A DNA stretch of 64,000 bases from Myxococcota bacterium (lineage in GTDB: Bacteria > Myxococcota_A > SURF-8). Position 1 is the first letter of the stretch. Each line of letters opens with the position of its first letter. A model generated the notes under the pieces. It saw only the letters and a program-made list of their open reading frames with translations. It was not told the DNA's origin and searched no databases. The position numbers and the translations under genes are program-made. Shown here piece after piece: positions 1-10,100 of this stretch. The stretch lies in contig CAXXQS010000002.1 in NCBI GenBank assembly GCA_963674735.2, forward strand, positions 896,001-960,000. The letters are read 5' to 3'.

Positions 1-750
1 AAAAGAGCGGAAGGGGAATTACGCGAAAGCGAAAAGAAATTCCGCTCCATCGCCGAACAATCCACCGACATGATCACCCTGACGGATGGTTTCGGCAACC
101 TCACCTACGCCTCCCCCGCCTCGAAAGCCCTCTTCCACGCCCAGCCGGAGGAAATGGTCGGGCGACATTTCCTTGAATTCGTCTATGAAGACGACCTTCA
201 AAAAGCCCGGGCCTCGTTCCAGGGTGTCGTAGGAGACGACCGACCGGAGATCAATCTCGACATCAGGTTGAAGCGAATCGATGGAACGGTTTTTCATAGC
301 GAGTTGAATGCAAATCCACACGATATCGGCGGGCAAACAGGCACGATCGTCATGATCCGCGATATCAGCGAACGCAAGATGGCTGAAAACGAGCTTCGCG
401 AAAGTGAAGAAAAATTCCGCTCCATTGCCGAGCAATCCACCGACATGATCGCCCTGACCGATGAAAATGGTGTAATCACCTACACATCACCCGCCTCGGT
501 AATCCTTTTCGCAACCCAGCCGGAAGAAATGGTGGGGCGACATTTCTTGGAGTTTCTGCACGAGGAAGATCTACCCATAGCCTTGGCAGCTTTCCACGAA
601 GCCATGGAAACCAACCAACCGACGATCAATCTCGAACTGAGAATGAAACGGACCGATGGTCGAATTTTCCATGGTGAATTAAATGGATCTCCCCGTAAAG
701 CTGGGGGACAAGCTGGAACGTTGGTCATGATCCGCGATATCAGCGAGCGC
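1..750 (+). repeat. Tandem intragenic duplication of a PAS module (period 375 bp)
   Basis: TTCCGCTCCATyGCCGArCAATCCACCGACATGATC at ~40 and ~415; CATGATCCGCGATATCAGCGA at 351 and 726. Confidence 0.9.
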
Positions 751-2283
751 AAGACGGCTGAAGAACAGTTGCGAGATAGTGAAAATCGTTTCCGCACCTT
801 GTTCGAATATTCCCCGCAATTGATTGCCTTGACGGATGTGGAAACGGGTGTTTACACCGAGGTGAACCGCAAGTTCTGCGAAGTGCTTAAGCTCACCCGC
901 GATGAAATCATCGACCATCCTTCTCCGCAATTCTTCTTCGACAACAGAGAAAAGCAGAATGACTTTTTCCGTGAGCTTTTTAAAACGGGCAAACTCGATG
1001 GAAAAGAACTGACAGCGAAAATCAAAGACGGAACATCGATCATTTTACTTGTTTTCGCGCGCTTGATCCAAGTGGGACCCAAGCAGCATATTCTCATCAT
1101 GGCAATGGATATCACCCAACAGAAAAAATTGGAAGATCAGTTCCGCCAATCGCAAAAAATGGAGGCCATCGGACGGCTGGCCGGAGGCGTGGCCCACGAC
1201 TTCAACAACCTGCTGACCGGCATCAGCGGCAATATCGCGTTGGCTACCATGGATCTATCGGCAAGCGACCCCCTCTTCGAAACATTCACCGAAATCGAAC
1301 AGGCCGCCGACCGGGCTACCGCCCTCACACGCCAGCTTCTGGCCTTCAGCCGAAAACAGATCATTACACCCGAAATTGTCAATTTAAACGATTTGATCCG
1401 AAGTCTGGGCCGGATGCTGCACCGAATCATCGGCGAAGACATCGAACTCAAAACCATTCTGTCCAAATCAATCGGACAAATCAAGGCCGATCCGGGTCAG
1501 ATCGAACAGATCATCGTCAACCTGAGCGTCAACGCCCGCGATGCCATGCCCAAAGGGGGAAAACTTAGTATCGAAACCTACACCGCCGAACTGGATGCCG
1601 AGTACTGCCTATCGCACACCGGAGCGACGGAAGGACGTAAAACCGTGTTGGCGATCAGCGACACCGGTCATGGTATCGAGAAACAGCACATCGCGAACAT
1701 CTTCGAACCGTTTTACACCACCAAACCGAAAGGGCAAGGGACCGGACTTGGATTGTCGATGGTTTACGGCATGATCAAACAGCACGAAGGCTCAATCGAA
1801 GTCTACTCCGAAACGGAGCATGGAACGACCTTCAGAATCTATTTCCCTCAAGTAAACGAAAAAGTTGCGGTAAACAAAACACCTGCAAAGCCGGACAGGC
1901 AACCGGGCGGGTCCGAAACCATTTTGCTGGTGGAAGATGAAAAAATGGTCCGCAACATCGCCACTAAAATACTGAAAAAACTAGGCTATTTTGTTTTATC
2001 TGCTGAAAACGGAGCGGAAGGAGTTCACGTGTCCGAGGCGCATGGCCCGCGGATCGACCTGCTTCTCACCGATGTCATCATGCCGGGTAAAAACGGTCGG
2101 CAACTGGCGGAGGAGCTATTAGCCAAACGACCGGAAATGAAGGTTCTATTCACCTCGGGCTATACGGAAAACGTCATTGCCCACCACGGCGTGCTGGATC
2201 CGGGCGTCGATTTCATCGGAAAGCCCTACACGCCTTCCAGTCTTGCTCAAAAAGTGAGGGACATACTCGACCGTCAGAGCTGA
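1..2283 (+). CDS. Multi-PAS hybrid sensor histidine kinase/response regulator (5' end outside window)
   Basis: Frame is open from base 1 (KRAEGELRESEKKFRSIAEQ...). Three PAS/PAC units, H-box GGVAHDFNNLL, N-box NLSVNARDAM, G-boxes DTGHG/GTGLGL, C-terminal receiver (LLVED, LLTDVIMP, KP). Confidence 0.95.
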   Translation, partial: KRAEGELRESEKKFRSIAEQSTDMITLTDGFGNLTYASPASKALFHAQPEEMVGRHFLEFVYEDDLQKARASFQGVVGDDRPEINLDIRLKRIDGTVFHSELNANPHDIGGQTGTIVMIRDISERKMAENELRESEEKFRSIAEQSTDMIALTDENGVITYTSPASVILFATQPEEMVGRHFLEFLHEEDLPIALAAFHEAMETNQPTINLELRMKRTDGRIFHGELNGSPRKAGGQAGTLVMIRDISERKTAEEQLRDSENRFRTLFEYSPQLIALTDVETGVYTEVNRKFCEVLKLTRDEIIDHPSPQFFFDNREKQNDFFRELFKTGKLDGKELTAKIKDGTSIILLVFARLIQVGPKQHILIMAMDITQQKKLEDQFRQSQKMEAIGRLAGGVAHDFNNLLTGISGNIALATMDLSASDPLFETFTEIEQAADRATALTRQLLAFSRKQIITPEIVNLNDLIRSLGRMLHRIIGEDIELKTILSKSIGQIKADPGQIEQIIVNLSVNARDAMPKGGKLSIETYTAELDAEYCLSHTGATEGRKTVLAISDTGHGIEKQHIANIFEPFYTTKPKGQGTGLGLSMVYGMIKQHEGSIEVYSETEHGTTFRIYFPQVNEKVAVNKTPAKPDRQPGGSETILLVEDEKMVRNIATKILKKLGYFVLSAENGAEGVHVSEAHGPRIDLLLTDVIMPGKNGRQLAEELLAKRPEMKVLFTSGYTENVIAHHGVLDPGVDFIGKPYTPSSLAQKVRDILDRQS

Positions 2284-2324
2284 CACCCAGGTAAACAGTC
2301 CCCGGCGATTCCGGTTTCCAAGCC

Positions 2325-3350
2325 TTATGATTTCTTCAACACCTGGTCGAGCTTGCGAAAGAAACGGCGGGTGAGCGGATCGTCCTTATCGGGAGAGGCG
2401 GCTTTGAGTTCGGTAATCGCCTCGCGCAACCGGGCGATGCCGTCCACACCGAAGCGGTCGAAAAACAGCTGCGTGTATTGCAACAGCAGTTCATCCAGAT
2501 AGAGCAGGAACTTTTCGTAGCGATAAAGAATGTTCACCTTGTCGCGGTTGGTCATCAGCCAATCCCAGTTGACATGACCGGTTTCCGGGTTGAGATAGAC
2601 CCCGCGATACAACGGTGGATACTTCTGTTTGAAGATTTCCAGAAGCGAAGCAATGACCGAATCGCCTCCCTTGGGATCGAGCCGCCGGAGCATATCCCCC
2701 AACAGATCCAACACCATCACGTATTTTTCCATAATGGTACCCAGAGGATCGTAGATCCCGCTGCCATCCGGTTCCGGATAGGTAACCAGATCCACCGGAA
2801 CCACTTCCCAAATAGATGATTCCACTTGAGTTTGCAACCAAGTTTGCGGCCCGACCCGCTCAAAAGACGCCGTATCGCCATTGAAGCGATAGCCGAGTTT
2901 CAACTCGCCGCCATCGGCAAAGGCCAGTTCGCAGACGCCGTCATAGCGACGCGCCACCACGGCCGCGCTGTGGCGTGAAAGCTCGGCGGATAGCTCATCC
3001 GGGTTGCGATCCGTCGTCATCCGCCAGGAAGGTTGCGCCCGGCTGAAAAGACGGGTCATGGCCACCACCGCATCATCGGCCTCCAGAATTTCCACCGCCA
3101 CCACATCCGGCAGATTCAGAAACAGCCGACCCCGTCCATGCGGGAGCCGATCGAGCCCTTCCACCACCCGCCATTCGCAATTGGAAACGGGATAGCCGTC
3201 CGACAAGGTCACGGTCAGCGAGCGCTCTTTAGTCAGCACGACCATATGTCCGCTGAAAGCCTCCCGCTCCAGGTCGGCCAAAACTGAAGGCAGATAACTG
3301 GCATGAAGAGCTGGAATCGTCAGATGACGTTCGTCAAATGGAAACAGCAT
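2325..3350 (-). CDS. Hypothetical protein, DUF4388-like
   Basis: GGAGG RBS before ATG at 3350. N-terminal VLADLEREAFSGHMVV and C-terminal YPPLYRGVYL...LDELL resemble myxobacterial DUF4388-type proteins (by eye). Confidence 0.6.
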   Translation of the reverse strand: MLFPFDERHLTIPALHASYLPSVLADLEREAFSGHMVVLTKERSLTVTLSDGYPVSNCEWRVVEGLDRLPHGRGRLFLNLPDVVAVEILEADDAVVAMTRLFSRAQPSWRMTTDRNPDELSAELSRHSAAVVARRYDGVCELAFADGGELKLGYRFNGDTASFERVGPQTWLQTQVESSIWEVVPVDLVTYPEPDGSGIYDPLGTIMEKYVMVLDLLGDMLRRLDPKGGDSVIASLLEIFKQKYPPLYRGVYLNPETGHVNWDWLMTNRDKVNILYRYEKFLLYLDELLLQYTQLFFDRFGVDGIARLREAITELKAASPDKDDPLTRRFFRKLDQVLKKS

Positions 3351-3568
3351 GCAGCCTCCCGGTGTTGATACGATGAACCGCAAGACCGGCCCACCCGCGT
3401 CAGTTTCCTCGAAAAAACGGTTTTTCGGCAAGCTTTTTCTTCACATCGTCCGCTGTGGGATCGAAACGCTCGCCATGACGGATAAAAGACATTATACTGG
3501 AAGCGTTCGAATATTCGGGGTGGAAAATCGTCCAACCCTTTGGATGACAAGGGGAGCGGGAGACACCA

Positions 3569-6500
3569 ATGCATCGGTTGGGATTGATCGTCAGTGTTTT
3601 TTTATGTCTGCATGTTTGCCTGGCTTGCCTGGAAGAGCCGGATTTGTCCCTATCCGATTCGGACGATCCGGGACCGGGCGGCGGCCAGGTGACGGGACCG
3701 GACGGCAGCGAACTGGACATTCCCCAGGGCGCGTTGGCGGACGCCGTCGATTTCTCCTTCACTCCCTATACCCCGCCTGAGGATGCGTCTTTTATCCCGG
3801 TCGGCAGCTTTTTTCGCATCGAACCGGCCGACCTGACATTCGACCGTGCCGTCAATCTGAGTTTACCCTACAATCCCGACAGCATTCCCGAGGGCAGACA
3901 GGAAGAAGAAGTCCGCATCTGGACCCTCGCCGAAGACGAAAGCTGGCAAGAATTCAGCGGATTTCCCGATATCGACAAGGATCTCGCCCGTGCGCAGATT
4001 CTTGGGCTGGGCATTTTCGGTCCGGGAATACCCAGAATCGACGAATCCATCGGCGCGCGCCTGTCCACCTCGATTACGCTCGACTTCGGATTGGTCTTTC
4101 TGGGCGAAACCGAAACCCAGGAATTGATTCTTGAAAACAGCGGCGATCAACCCCTGATCGTGGCAAGCTTCCCGGACGTTCAGCTTCCCTTCATCCTCGA
4201 AGCGACCGCGGATAAAATGACGGTTCCGGTCGGCGGACGTGGCAGCCTAAAAATCCACTTCAAACCGGAAGAAGCCGGAACCTCCAAGGATTCATTCACG
4301 TTTTCAACCAACGAACCCATCGAAAATCCGACGCACACGGTGGAATTGATCGGGCGTGGCGTGGCGCTCGATGAAAATTGCCGTTGCGAGCCCCAAACGC
4401 CTTGCTGCACGGATGACGGCGTTTGCTGGGCCGATGACGAACCCTGCGCCCCCCTCGAAGCCGAAGAGTGCAAGGCTTATGTCTGCGACCGGGGAAGCTG
4501 CGAGTATTCTCACCTACTCTCCGATCTGCCCTGCAACGACGGCGACCCGCAAACCGCCTATGACACCTGTGACGACGGAGAATGCTTGGGCGTTCTCATG
4601 ACCTGCGACGGCCAGACAAGCTGTTGCGACAACGGTATTGCCATCAACATCGGCCAACCTTGTACCTCATCCGACTCCACGACAAACCTCTGTTGGAACT
4701 ACGCCTGCTCGGATAGCGGGTTTTGCGAATGGAACAGCCCGCGTATCGGAGAACCCTGCACGGTGGACGACCCCGATCCCTGTTTCTCCTATGTCTGCAA
4801 TGCCAACGGCGCTTGCGATCTGGGCGACCCGCAACCCGACCAACCCTGCCTGATCGATGATCCCCTGGCTTGCCGGGGATACGCCTGCACCCTCTCCGGG
4901 ATTTGCGAGGAAGACGCCCCGCTCGAAAACGGAACCCCGTGCGACGACCAAGATAACACGACCTTCCAGGATAGCTGCCGAAACGGTTTTTGCGAGGGTT
5001 TGGCCCGTTGCGTCGGCACCACCCAGTGTTGCAACGACGGCACGCCCGCCAACACCGGACAAAGCTGCACCCCCCTGCTCGATCCGGATGACTGCTGGAC
5101 TTACATCTGTAATTCACAGGGGTTCTGCGCCAAGAATAGCCCGAATACCGGCGCAAGCTGCGACCCGCTGGTGGAACCACCCCAATGCGTTCGCACCACT
5201 TGTAACAACCTGGGCCTCTGCCTGAATGAAGAACCCGATACCGGAGCGGACTGCGATCCGGGAGATGCCCGCCACCCTTGTTGGTCATACGCGTGCAATG
5301 AAAATTCGGAGTGCGCCACCTCCATCGCCATCGACGGTGGAATCTGCGATATCGCCGCCACAAACCCTTGTTATATTTACCGTTGCAGCGACGGCGCTTG
5401 CCTCCAAAGCGAATATAACAACGGCGCAAGCTGCGACGACCAGGACACCACAACTTATAATGATTATTGCTACGACGGTCAATGCCTGGGACTGGCTTGC
5501 CCGTGCAGCAACGAAACGGTCTGTTGCGACGGCTGCCAGCCGATCAATAACGGCCTCGACTGTAATGATAACAATCCGCAAACCAGCGGGGATCTCTGCG
5601 TCGACGGCGTCTGCAAAGGAACCACGACCTGTGAATGCGACACGGACGACTTCTGCTGCCAGGACAGCTGCACCGCCATCAACGAGGGGAGCGTCTGCGA
5701 CCCGGGCAGCGTGGTCAATCCCTGCCACCGATTTACCTGCCACATCGGTGATTGCATCTATACCGGTTCCGACCCCGACGGCTATCCCTGTGACGTCACG
5801 GATGGAACCACGGCTTCCGGTGCATGCTTTAGCGGCGTCTGCGAGGGAATCCCCTTGAAGGTGGTGATTGACATCCACGACACGAGCATCAGCGCCATGG
5901 AAATTTCCCCGTTTTCAACTCCCAGCCTGATCGCGGGCGCATCCGGCGACGCCGACGGGGTCGTCAAACGCTGGGAATTGAGCCGCGGGAGCGTCGGTTA
6001 CGATTCCCAGGTGAAGATGCAGGAAGCCGGACACAATGGAAAAATCCACACACTCCGCTATGCGACGGACGGCAGCCAATTCGCCAGCGGTGCGGCCGAT
6101 GGCTACGTGAAAGTCTGGTCGGCGTATTCCGTCTCGACGCCGCTCAACTATACCTACAACGTCCACGTACAAGCCGCGGATGGCGAGGTGACAGCTTTGG
6201 CCTTCGACCCCTTCGGTTCCGTCGATACCGCCGTTTATTCCGGAACGAATTGCGGAGACAATTGCGGCTGGCTGCGGGAATGGAATGTTTACGGCAACTA
6301 CAACCCGCCCTACTCGGCCCGCTTCAGCGGTTATCCGGTTGAAGCCGTCGATGCAGGATATGCCTCACCGAACAAATACCTGGCCTACGGAACCGGAATC
6401 TCAGGTAATTTTCTCTCGGTCGACAACATCTCGACCGGCACCGCCGCAGTCCTGACCGACACCTTCAACCACCCAATCCGCGCCATCCGCATCGCCGGAG

Positions 6501-6991
6501 CGGGAAATCCCCCTTATCTCGCCGCCGGTTCGGGATCGTCGGACTCCGGCCCGGAAGCCACCTTCTACCGTTACGACGGCACCAACACAACGTGGAACCC
6601 GGCCTTTCAGTTTTCCCGTAGCGAGCCCGACTATCCCGTTACGGTAAACCCCGGAGAAGTCCGTGCCATTGCCTTCGATCCGAATGTCGGTTATGCCGCC
6701 ATCAGTTATTCACTCATACAACCGAACGAAAGCTACCCCAACGGACTGGCCGCCATCGCCCTTGTTTCACTCAGCACCATCCGTGCCACCGTCGCCCCGC
6801 CATTGGTTCGGGAAATTTACTACGAAGGCCCCCCGGCCGAGGACTTGAATTTCGTTCCCCTGGACGGCGGCTCGGAATACCTGCTCATGCACCCGGCGGT
6901 TCATTACGTCGGACAAACCGAGTATCACGCCTTTTTCATTTGGGATGTATCCACGCTGCTTTCGACGAAAACCGAGATGCAACACGAGTAG
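3569..6991 (+). CDS. Large surface lipoprotein: ZU5-like + Ig-like (ASH/choice-of-anchor D) + Cys-rich repeats + WD40-like propeller
   Basis: Lipobox CLAC; ELDIPQGAL...IEPADLTF (ZU5-like); LDFGLV...LENSGDQPL...FKP (Ig-like); ~490 aa Cys-rich tract; GH...FASGAADGYVKVW (WD40). Confidence 0.8.
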   Translation: MHRLGLIVSVFLCLHVCLACLEEPDLSLSDSDDPGPGGGQVTGPDGSELDIPQGALADAVDFSFTPYTPPEDASFIPVGSFFRIEPADLTFDRAVNLSLPYNPDSIPEGRQEEEVRIWTLAEDESWQEFSGFPDIDKDLARAQILGLGIFGPGIPRIDESIGARLSTSITLDFGLVFLGETETQELILENSGDQPLIVASFPDVQLPFILEATADKMTVPVGGRGSLKIHFKPEEAGTSKDSFTFSTNEPIENPTHTVELIGRGVALDENCRCEPQTPCCTDDGVCWADDEPCAPLEAEECKAYVCDRGSCEYSHLLSDLPCNDGDPQTAYDTCDDGECLGVLMTCDGQTSCCDNGIAINIGQPCTSSDSTTNLCWNYACSDSGFCEWNSPRIGEPCTVDDPDPCFSYVCNANGACDLGDPQPDQPCLIDDPLACRGYACTLSGICEEDAPLENGTPCDDQDNTTFQDSCRNGFCEGLARCVGTTQCCNDGTPANTGQSCTPLLDPDDCWTYICNSQGFCAKNSPNTGASCDPLVEPPQCVRTTCNNLGLCLNEEPDTGADCDPGDARHPCWSYACNENSECATSIAIDGGICDIAATNPCYIYRCSDGACLQSEYNNGASCDDQDTTTYNDYCYDGQCLGLACPCSNETVCCDGCQPINNGLDCNDNNPQTSGDLCVDGVCKGTTTCECDTDDFCCQDSCTAINEGSVCDPGSVVNPCHRFTCHIGDCIYTGSDPDGYPCDVTDGTTASGACFSGVCEGIPLKVVIDIHDTSISAMEISPFSTPSLIAGASGDADGVVKRWELSRGSVGYDSQVKMQEAGHNGKIHTLRYATDGSQFASGAADGYVKVWSAYSVSTPLNYTYNVHVQAADGEVTALAFDPFGSVDTAVYSGTNCGDNCGWLREWNVYGNYNPPYSARFSGYPVEAVDAGYASPNKYLAYGTGISGNFLSVDNISTGTAAVLTDTFNHPIRAIRIAGAGNPPYLAAGSGSSDSGPEATFYRYDGTNTTWNPAFQFSRSEPDYPVTVNPGEVRAIAFDPNVGYAAISYSLIQPNESYPNGLAAIALVSLSTIRATVAPPLVREIYYEGPPAEDLNFVPLDGGSEYLLMHPAVHYVGQTEYHAFFIWDVSTLLSTKTEMQHE

Positions 6992-6993
6992 CG

Positions 6994-7842
6994 TCAGCCT
7001 TTTACGCCACCCGCCGTCAGCCCCCCCACCAGATGGCGCTGCAGGAGAAAGAATAGGGCCATCACCGGCAACGAGACCAGAATGGCTCCGGCGGCGAAAT
7101 ACCCCCAAGCGGTGGAGTAGTCGCCCACATAGCGTTGCAAGGCGACCGGCAGGGTAAAGGCCGTCTCACGGCCGAGGAAGGTGGCCGCCAAGATGAACTC
7201 GTTCCAGGCGGTCATGAAGGAGAACAGCGCCGTCACCACGATGGCCGGACGCGCCAGAGGCAGGATGATCGTCAGAAAAATGCGCAGGCTGCCCGCGCCA
7301 TCCATCACCGCCGCCTCTTCGAGATCTTTGGGGATGGTATCGAAATATCCCTTCAGCATCCACACGCAAAACGGAATGGCCGTGGTGGCGTACACCAGCG
7401 TCAGCCCCAGCATGGAATTCAAAAGCTGCAGGTGGTTGAGCAGGATGTAAAGCGGAATGGCCATCACCACGCCGGGAAACATCTGCGTTACCAGAAACAG
7501 ATTCATGCCCAGTTTACGGCCGGGAAACACGAAACGCGAAAAGGCGTAGGCCGCCGGAGTGGCCAGAGCCACGCCCAAAACGGTGGTGGCCAGGGCCGTC
7601 ACGACGCTGTTGAACAGCCAGTGGCCGAACAGCCACTCACCCGCCGGGCTGGTCTGTCCCACGATTTCCTGAAAATTCAGCCAACTGACCGTCTCGGGAA
7701 ACGGCGAGGCCGACAGGGCGAAGGCCTGCGAGGGGGTGAGCGCCATTTTGATCACCCATAATACCGGATACAAGACCGCCGCGCAGAAGCCCATCAGCGC
7801 CAGGTTGAGGAGGATCGCCTTGAGTAGACTCGGACGCCCCAT
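6994..7842 (-). CDS. malG: Sugar (maltose/maltodextrin) ABC transporter permease
   Basis: EAA loop FDTIPKDLEEAAVMDGA, AWNEF, about six TM segments, mal operon context. Confidence 0.9.
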   Translation of the reverse strand: MGRPSLLKAILLNLALMGFCAAVLYPVLWVIKMALTPSQAFALSASPFPETVSWLNFQEIVGQTSPAGEWLFGHWLFNSVVTALATTVLGVALATPAAYAFSRFVFPGRKLGMNLFLVTQMFPGVVMAIPLYILLNHLQLLNSMLGLTLVYATTAIPFCVWMLKGYFDTIPKDLEEAAVMDGAGSLRIFLTIILPLARPAIVVTALFSFMTAWNEFILAATFLGRETAFTLPVALQRYVGDYSTAWGYFAAGAILVSLPVMALFFLLQRHLVGGLTAGGVKG

Positions 7843-7843
7843 G

Positions 7844-10099
7844 CTACACCTCCTGCCCGCCGACCACCCGCCGGGTGAGCCGCGAATACATCAGCAAGAC
7901 CACGAAAATGAGCGTCGCGTAGGCCGCCGCATAGCCGTACTGCTCCTGCCGCGTGAACGCCCAGCGATAGGCTTCGGTGATGAGAATCTCGCTCGCGCCG
8001 TCGGGCTCGCCGCCCGAAACGAGGTAGATGATGTTGAACATGTTGAAGGTCCATACCGATCCGAGAATGACGGCCGGTAGCAGGGCGGGCCGCAGCAAGG
8101 GCAAGGTGATGTGAAAAAAGCGGGTGAACGGTCCCGCGCCGTCCACTTCGGCGGCCTCTTCCAACTCGCGCGGGATGGCCTGCAAGGCTCCCAGCGTCAC
8201 CACCATCATGAAGGGGAACCCCAACCAGGTGTTGGTGGCCACGTTCGCGGCGAAAGAAGTCCAGAAATGCGAAAACCAACTGACCGGCTGAATGTCGAGC
8301 CCCAGCGTGGCGCCCAGCCAGACGATCAACCCGTTGACCGCGCCGAACTGTTTGTTGAACAGGCCTTTCCAGATCAGGGCGGTGATGTAGTTGGGCACCG
8401 CCCACGGTACGATCAGCAAAACGCGATACAACCCGCGCAGGCGCATCCAGGGATCGCGCAATAAAAGCGCCAAACCCAGCCCCACACTCACGTGCAGAAA
8501 AACATTGACCGCCGTCCACAAAACCGTGACACCGAGGGTGAAATAGAACGACAGCGGGTCGTCGAGGCTGTAATCGCGCGAGCTGAGGATGTTGATGAAA
8601 TTGGTGAAACCGACGAAGGTGAACTCTCCTTGCCGGTGGGCGAAAAAGGCAACGGCCGTTCCGACAATGAAGGGCACGAACACCAGAAGTCCCATCCCGA
8701 TCAACGTGGGAATCAAATATAAATAAGCGGTTTTGCTGCGCCAGGCCGCCGAGAAAACGCTCCGCCGGATGGCAACGATCCCGCCGATCAGCAGCAAAAT
8801 TCCCAGCACCACCGCCAGTGCGATGAGATAAGGTTGGGGATCCTGCGTCTGCGGGCGCGGCCGGGTCAGGACTTTCAGACGCGTTTGAGCCAGCTTGAGC
8901 GCCTCTTCCGGTGTGGCGGATCCGCGCAAGACCTGCCGCAGCGCCTGGGCGGCCGGTTCCCACACGGCCCGCATGCGCGGATCGTTGGGCATCGGCACCG
9001 CCTGCTTGCCCATTTTGATGAAGCCGCTCAAAAGCGGGTCGTCGTTGGCAGCGACGATCAGATCGGCCACCGTGCGATCGGCCACCGCCTGACGCCCCGT
9101 CAGAGCACGCCGCCGTGCGCCTTCGCCCAAAGCCAGAAATTCGGCCACGCGCCGAGCGTCTTCGGGATTGGCGGCATAGGCAGACAGAAAGACCGCCTCG
9201 ACGGTCATAAACGGCGTAGCCGGGCGACCGGTTTCCGATACGCTCGGTAGAGGGGCGACCCGCACCGTCTGAGTCGGATCGAGCTCGCCCAAAAACCAGG
9301 GACCATTGATCGCCAGCACCGCCCGCCGTTCATTGAAAAGCTGCGTCACCAGGCTTCCGGTGGATTCCTCCGGCACACAACCTTCCTCGACCAGCTTCGC
9401 CGCGAAGGCCAGCGAACGGGCGTTCTCGGGCGTATCGAGATCGACCCGTCCCTCGGCATCGAAGACACCGCCGCCGAAGCCGAACAGCCAGGGGGCATGA
9501 TGATAAAAACTTCCCGATTCGTAAGCCAGGGCGAAACGCTTGTCCGCTTGGCTGCGCCGACAAAGCTTAAGCAAAGCGTCGGTGGTGGCCGGGATGATCG
9601 GCTCCGGCGTACAGTCCTCGACCGACCCGGCGGCAGCCGTCTCCGGACACGTCGTTTGCGGAAGCAATTCCGGATGAACGAACAGAGCCAAGGACTTGAA
9701 GGCCAAGGGCCAGCCGTAGGTTTTTCCTTCGAAACGCAGGGCATCGAGTGTAACCGACAGAAAGCGTCGTGCGGCGACGTCCGCGAATTCCGTTTCGGCA
9801 ATCAAACCCGACCGGGACCACTCCCCCACCCGCTCGTGGGCGAAGATGAACAGATCGGGTCCGTTTCCATTGGGAATGGCCGAAGCCAGCTTGGTGGCAT
9901 AGGCTTCATAGGGCAGGGCCAAAAGCGTCAGCGGCGCATCCGGATGGGCGTGGTTCCAGGCCTCCGCTAGCTGGTCCAGGGCCTCGCGCTCCTCGCCGCG
10001 ATAGGCATGCCACAACGTCAGCGGCGCGGCCAGGGCAACCGAAGTCGTCGCAACAGTTAGGGCAACGGCCAGAAGAACGAGCAGCCCGCGACGCAGCAT
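7844..10099 (-). CDS. malF: Fused maltodextrin-binding protein/permease (MalE-MalF)
   Basis: Signal peptide, SBP_bac_1 motifs (LWHAY, GPDLFIFAHER, INGPWF, PMPN), then permease with VPWAVP and EEAAEVDGA. Start placed at MLRRG. Confidence 0.9.
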   Translation of the reverse strand: MLRRGLLVLLAVALTVATTSVALAAPLTLWHAYRGEEREALDQLAEAWNHAHPDAPLTLLALPYEAYATKLASAIPNGNGPDLFIFAHERVGEWSRSGLIAETEFADVAARRFLSVTLDALRFEGKTYGWPLAFKSLALFVHPELLPQTTCPETAAAGSVEDCTPEPIIPATTDALLKLCRRSQADKRFALAYESGSFYHHAPWLFGFGGGVFDAEGRVDLDTPENARSLAFAAKLVEEGCVPEESTGSLVTQLFNERRAVLAINGPWFLGELDPTQTVRVAPLPSVSETGRPATPFMTVEAVFLSAYAANPEDARRVAEFLALGEGARRRALTGRQAVADRTVADLIVAANDDPLLSGFIKMGKQAVPMPNDPRMRAVWEPAAQALRQVLRGSATPEEALKLAQTRLKVLTRPRPQTQDPQPYLIALAVVLGILLLIGGIVAIRRSVFSAAWRSKTAYLYLIPTLIGMGLLVFVPFIVGTAVAFFAHRQGEFTFVGFTNFINILSSRDYSLDDPLSFYFTLGVTVLWTAVNVFLHVSVGLGLALLLRDPWMRLRGLYRVLLIVPWAVPNYITALIWKGLFNKQFGAVNGLIVWLGATLGLDIQPVSWFSHFWTSFAANVATNTWLGFPFMMVVTLGALQAIPRELEEAAEVDGAGPFTRFFHITLPLLRPALLPAVILGSVWTFNMFNIIYLVSGGEPDGASEILITEAYRWAFTRQEQYGYAAAYATLIFVVLLMYSRLTRRVVGGQEV

Positions 10100-10100
10100 C

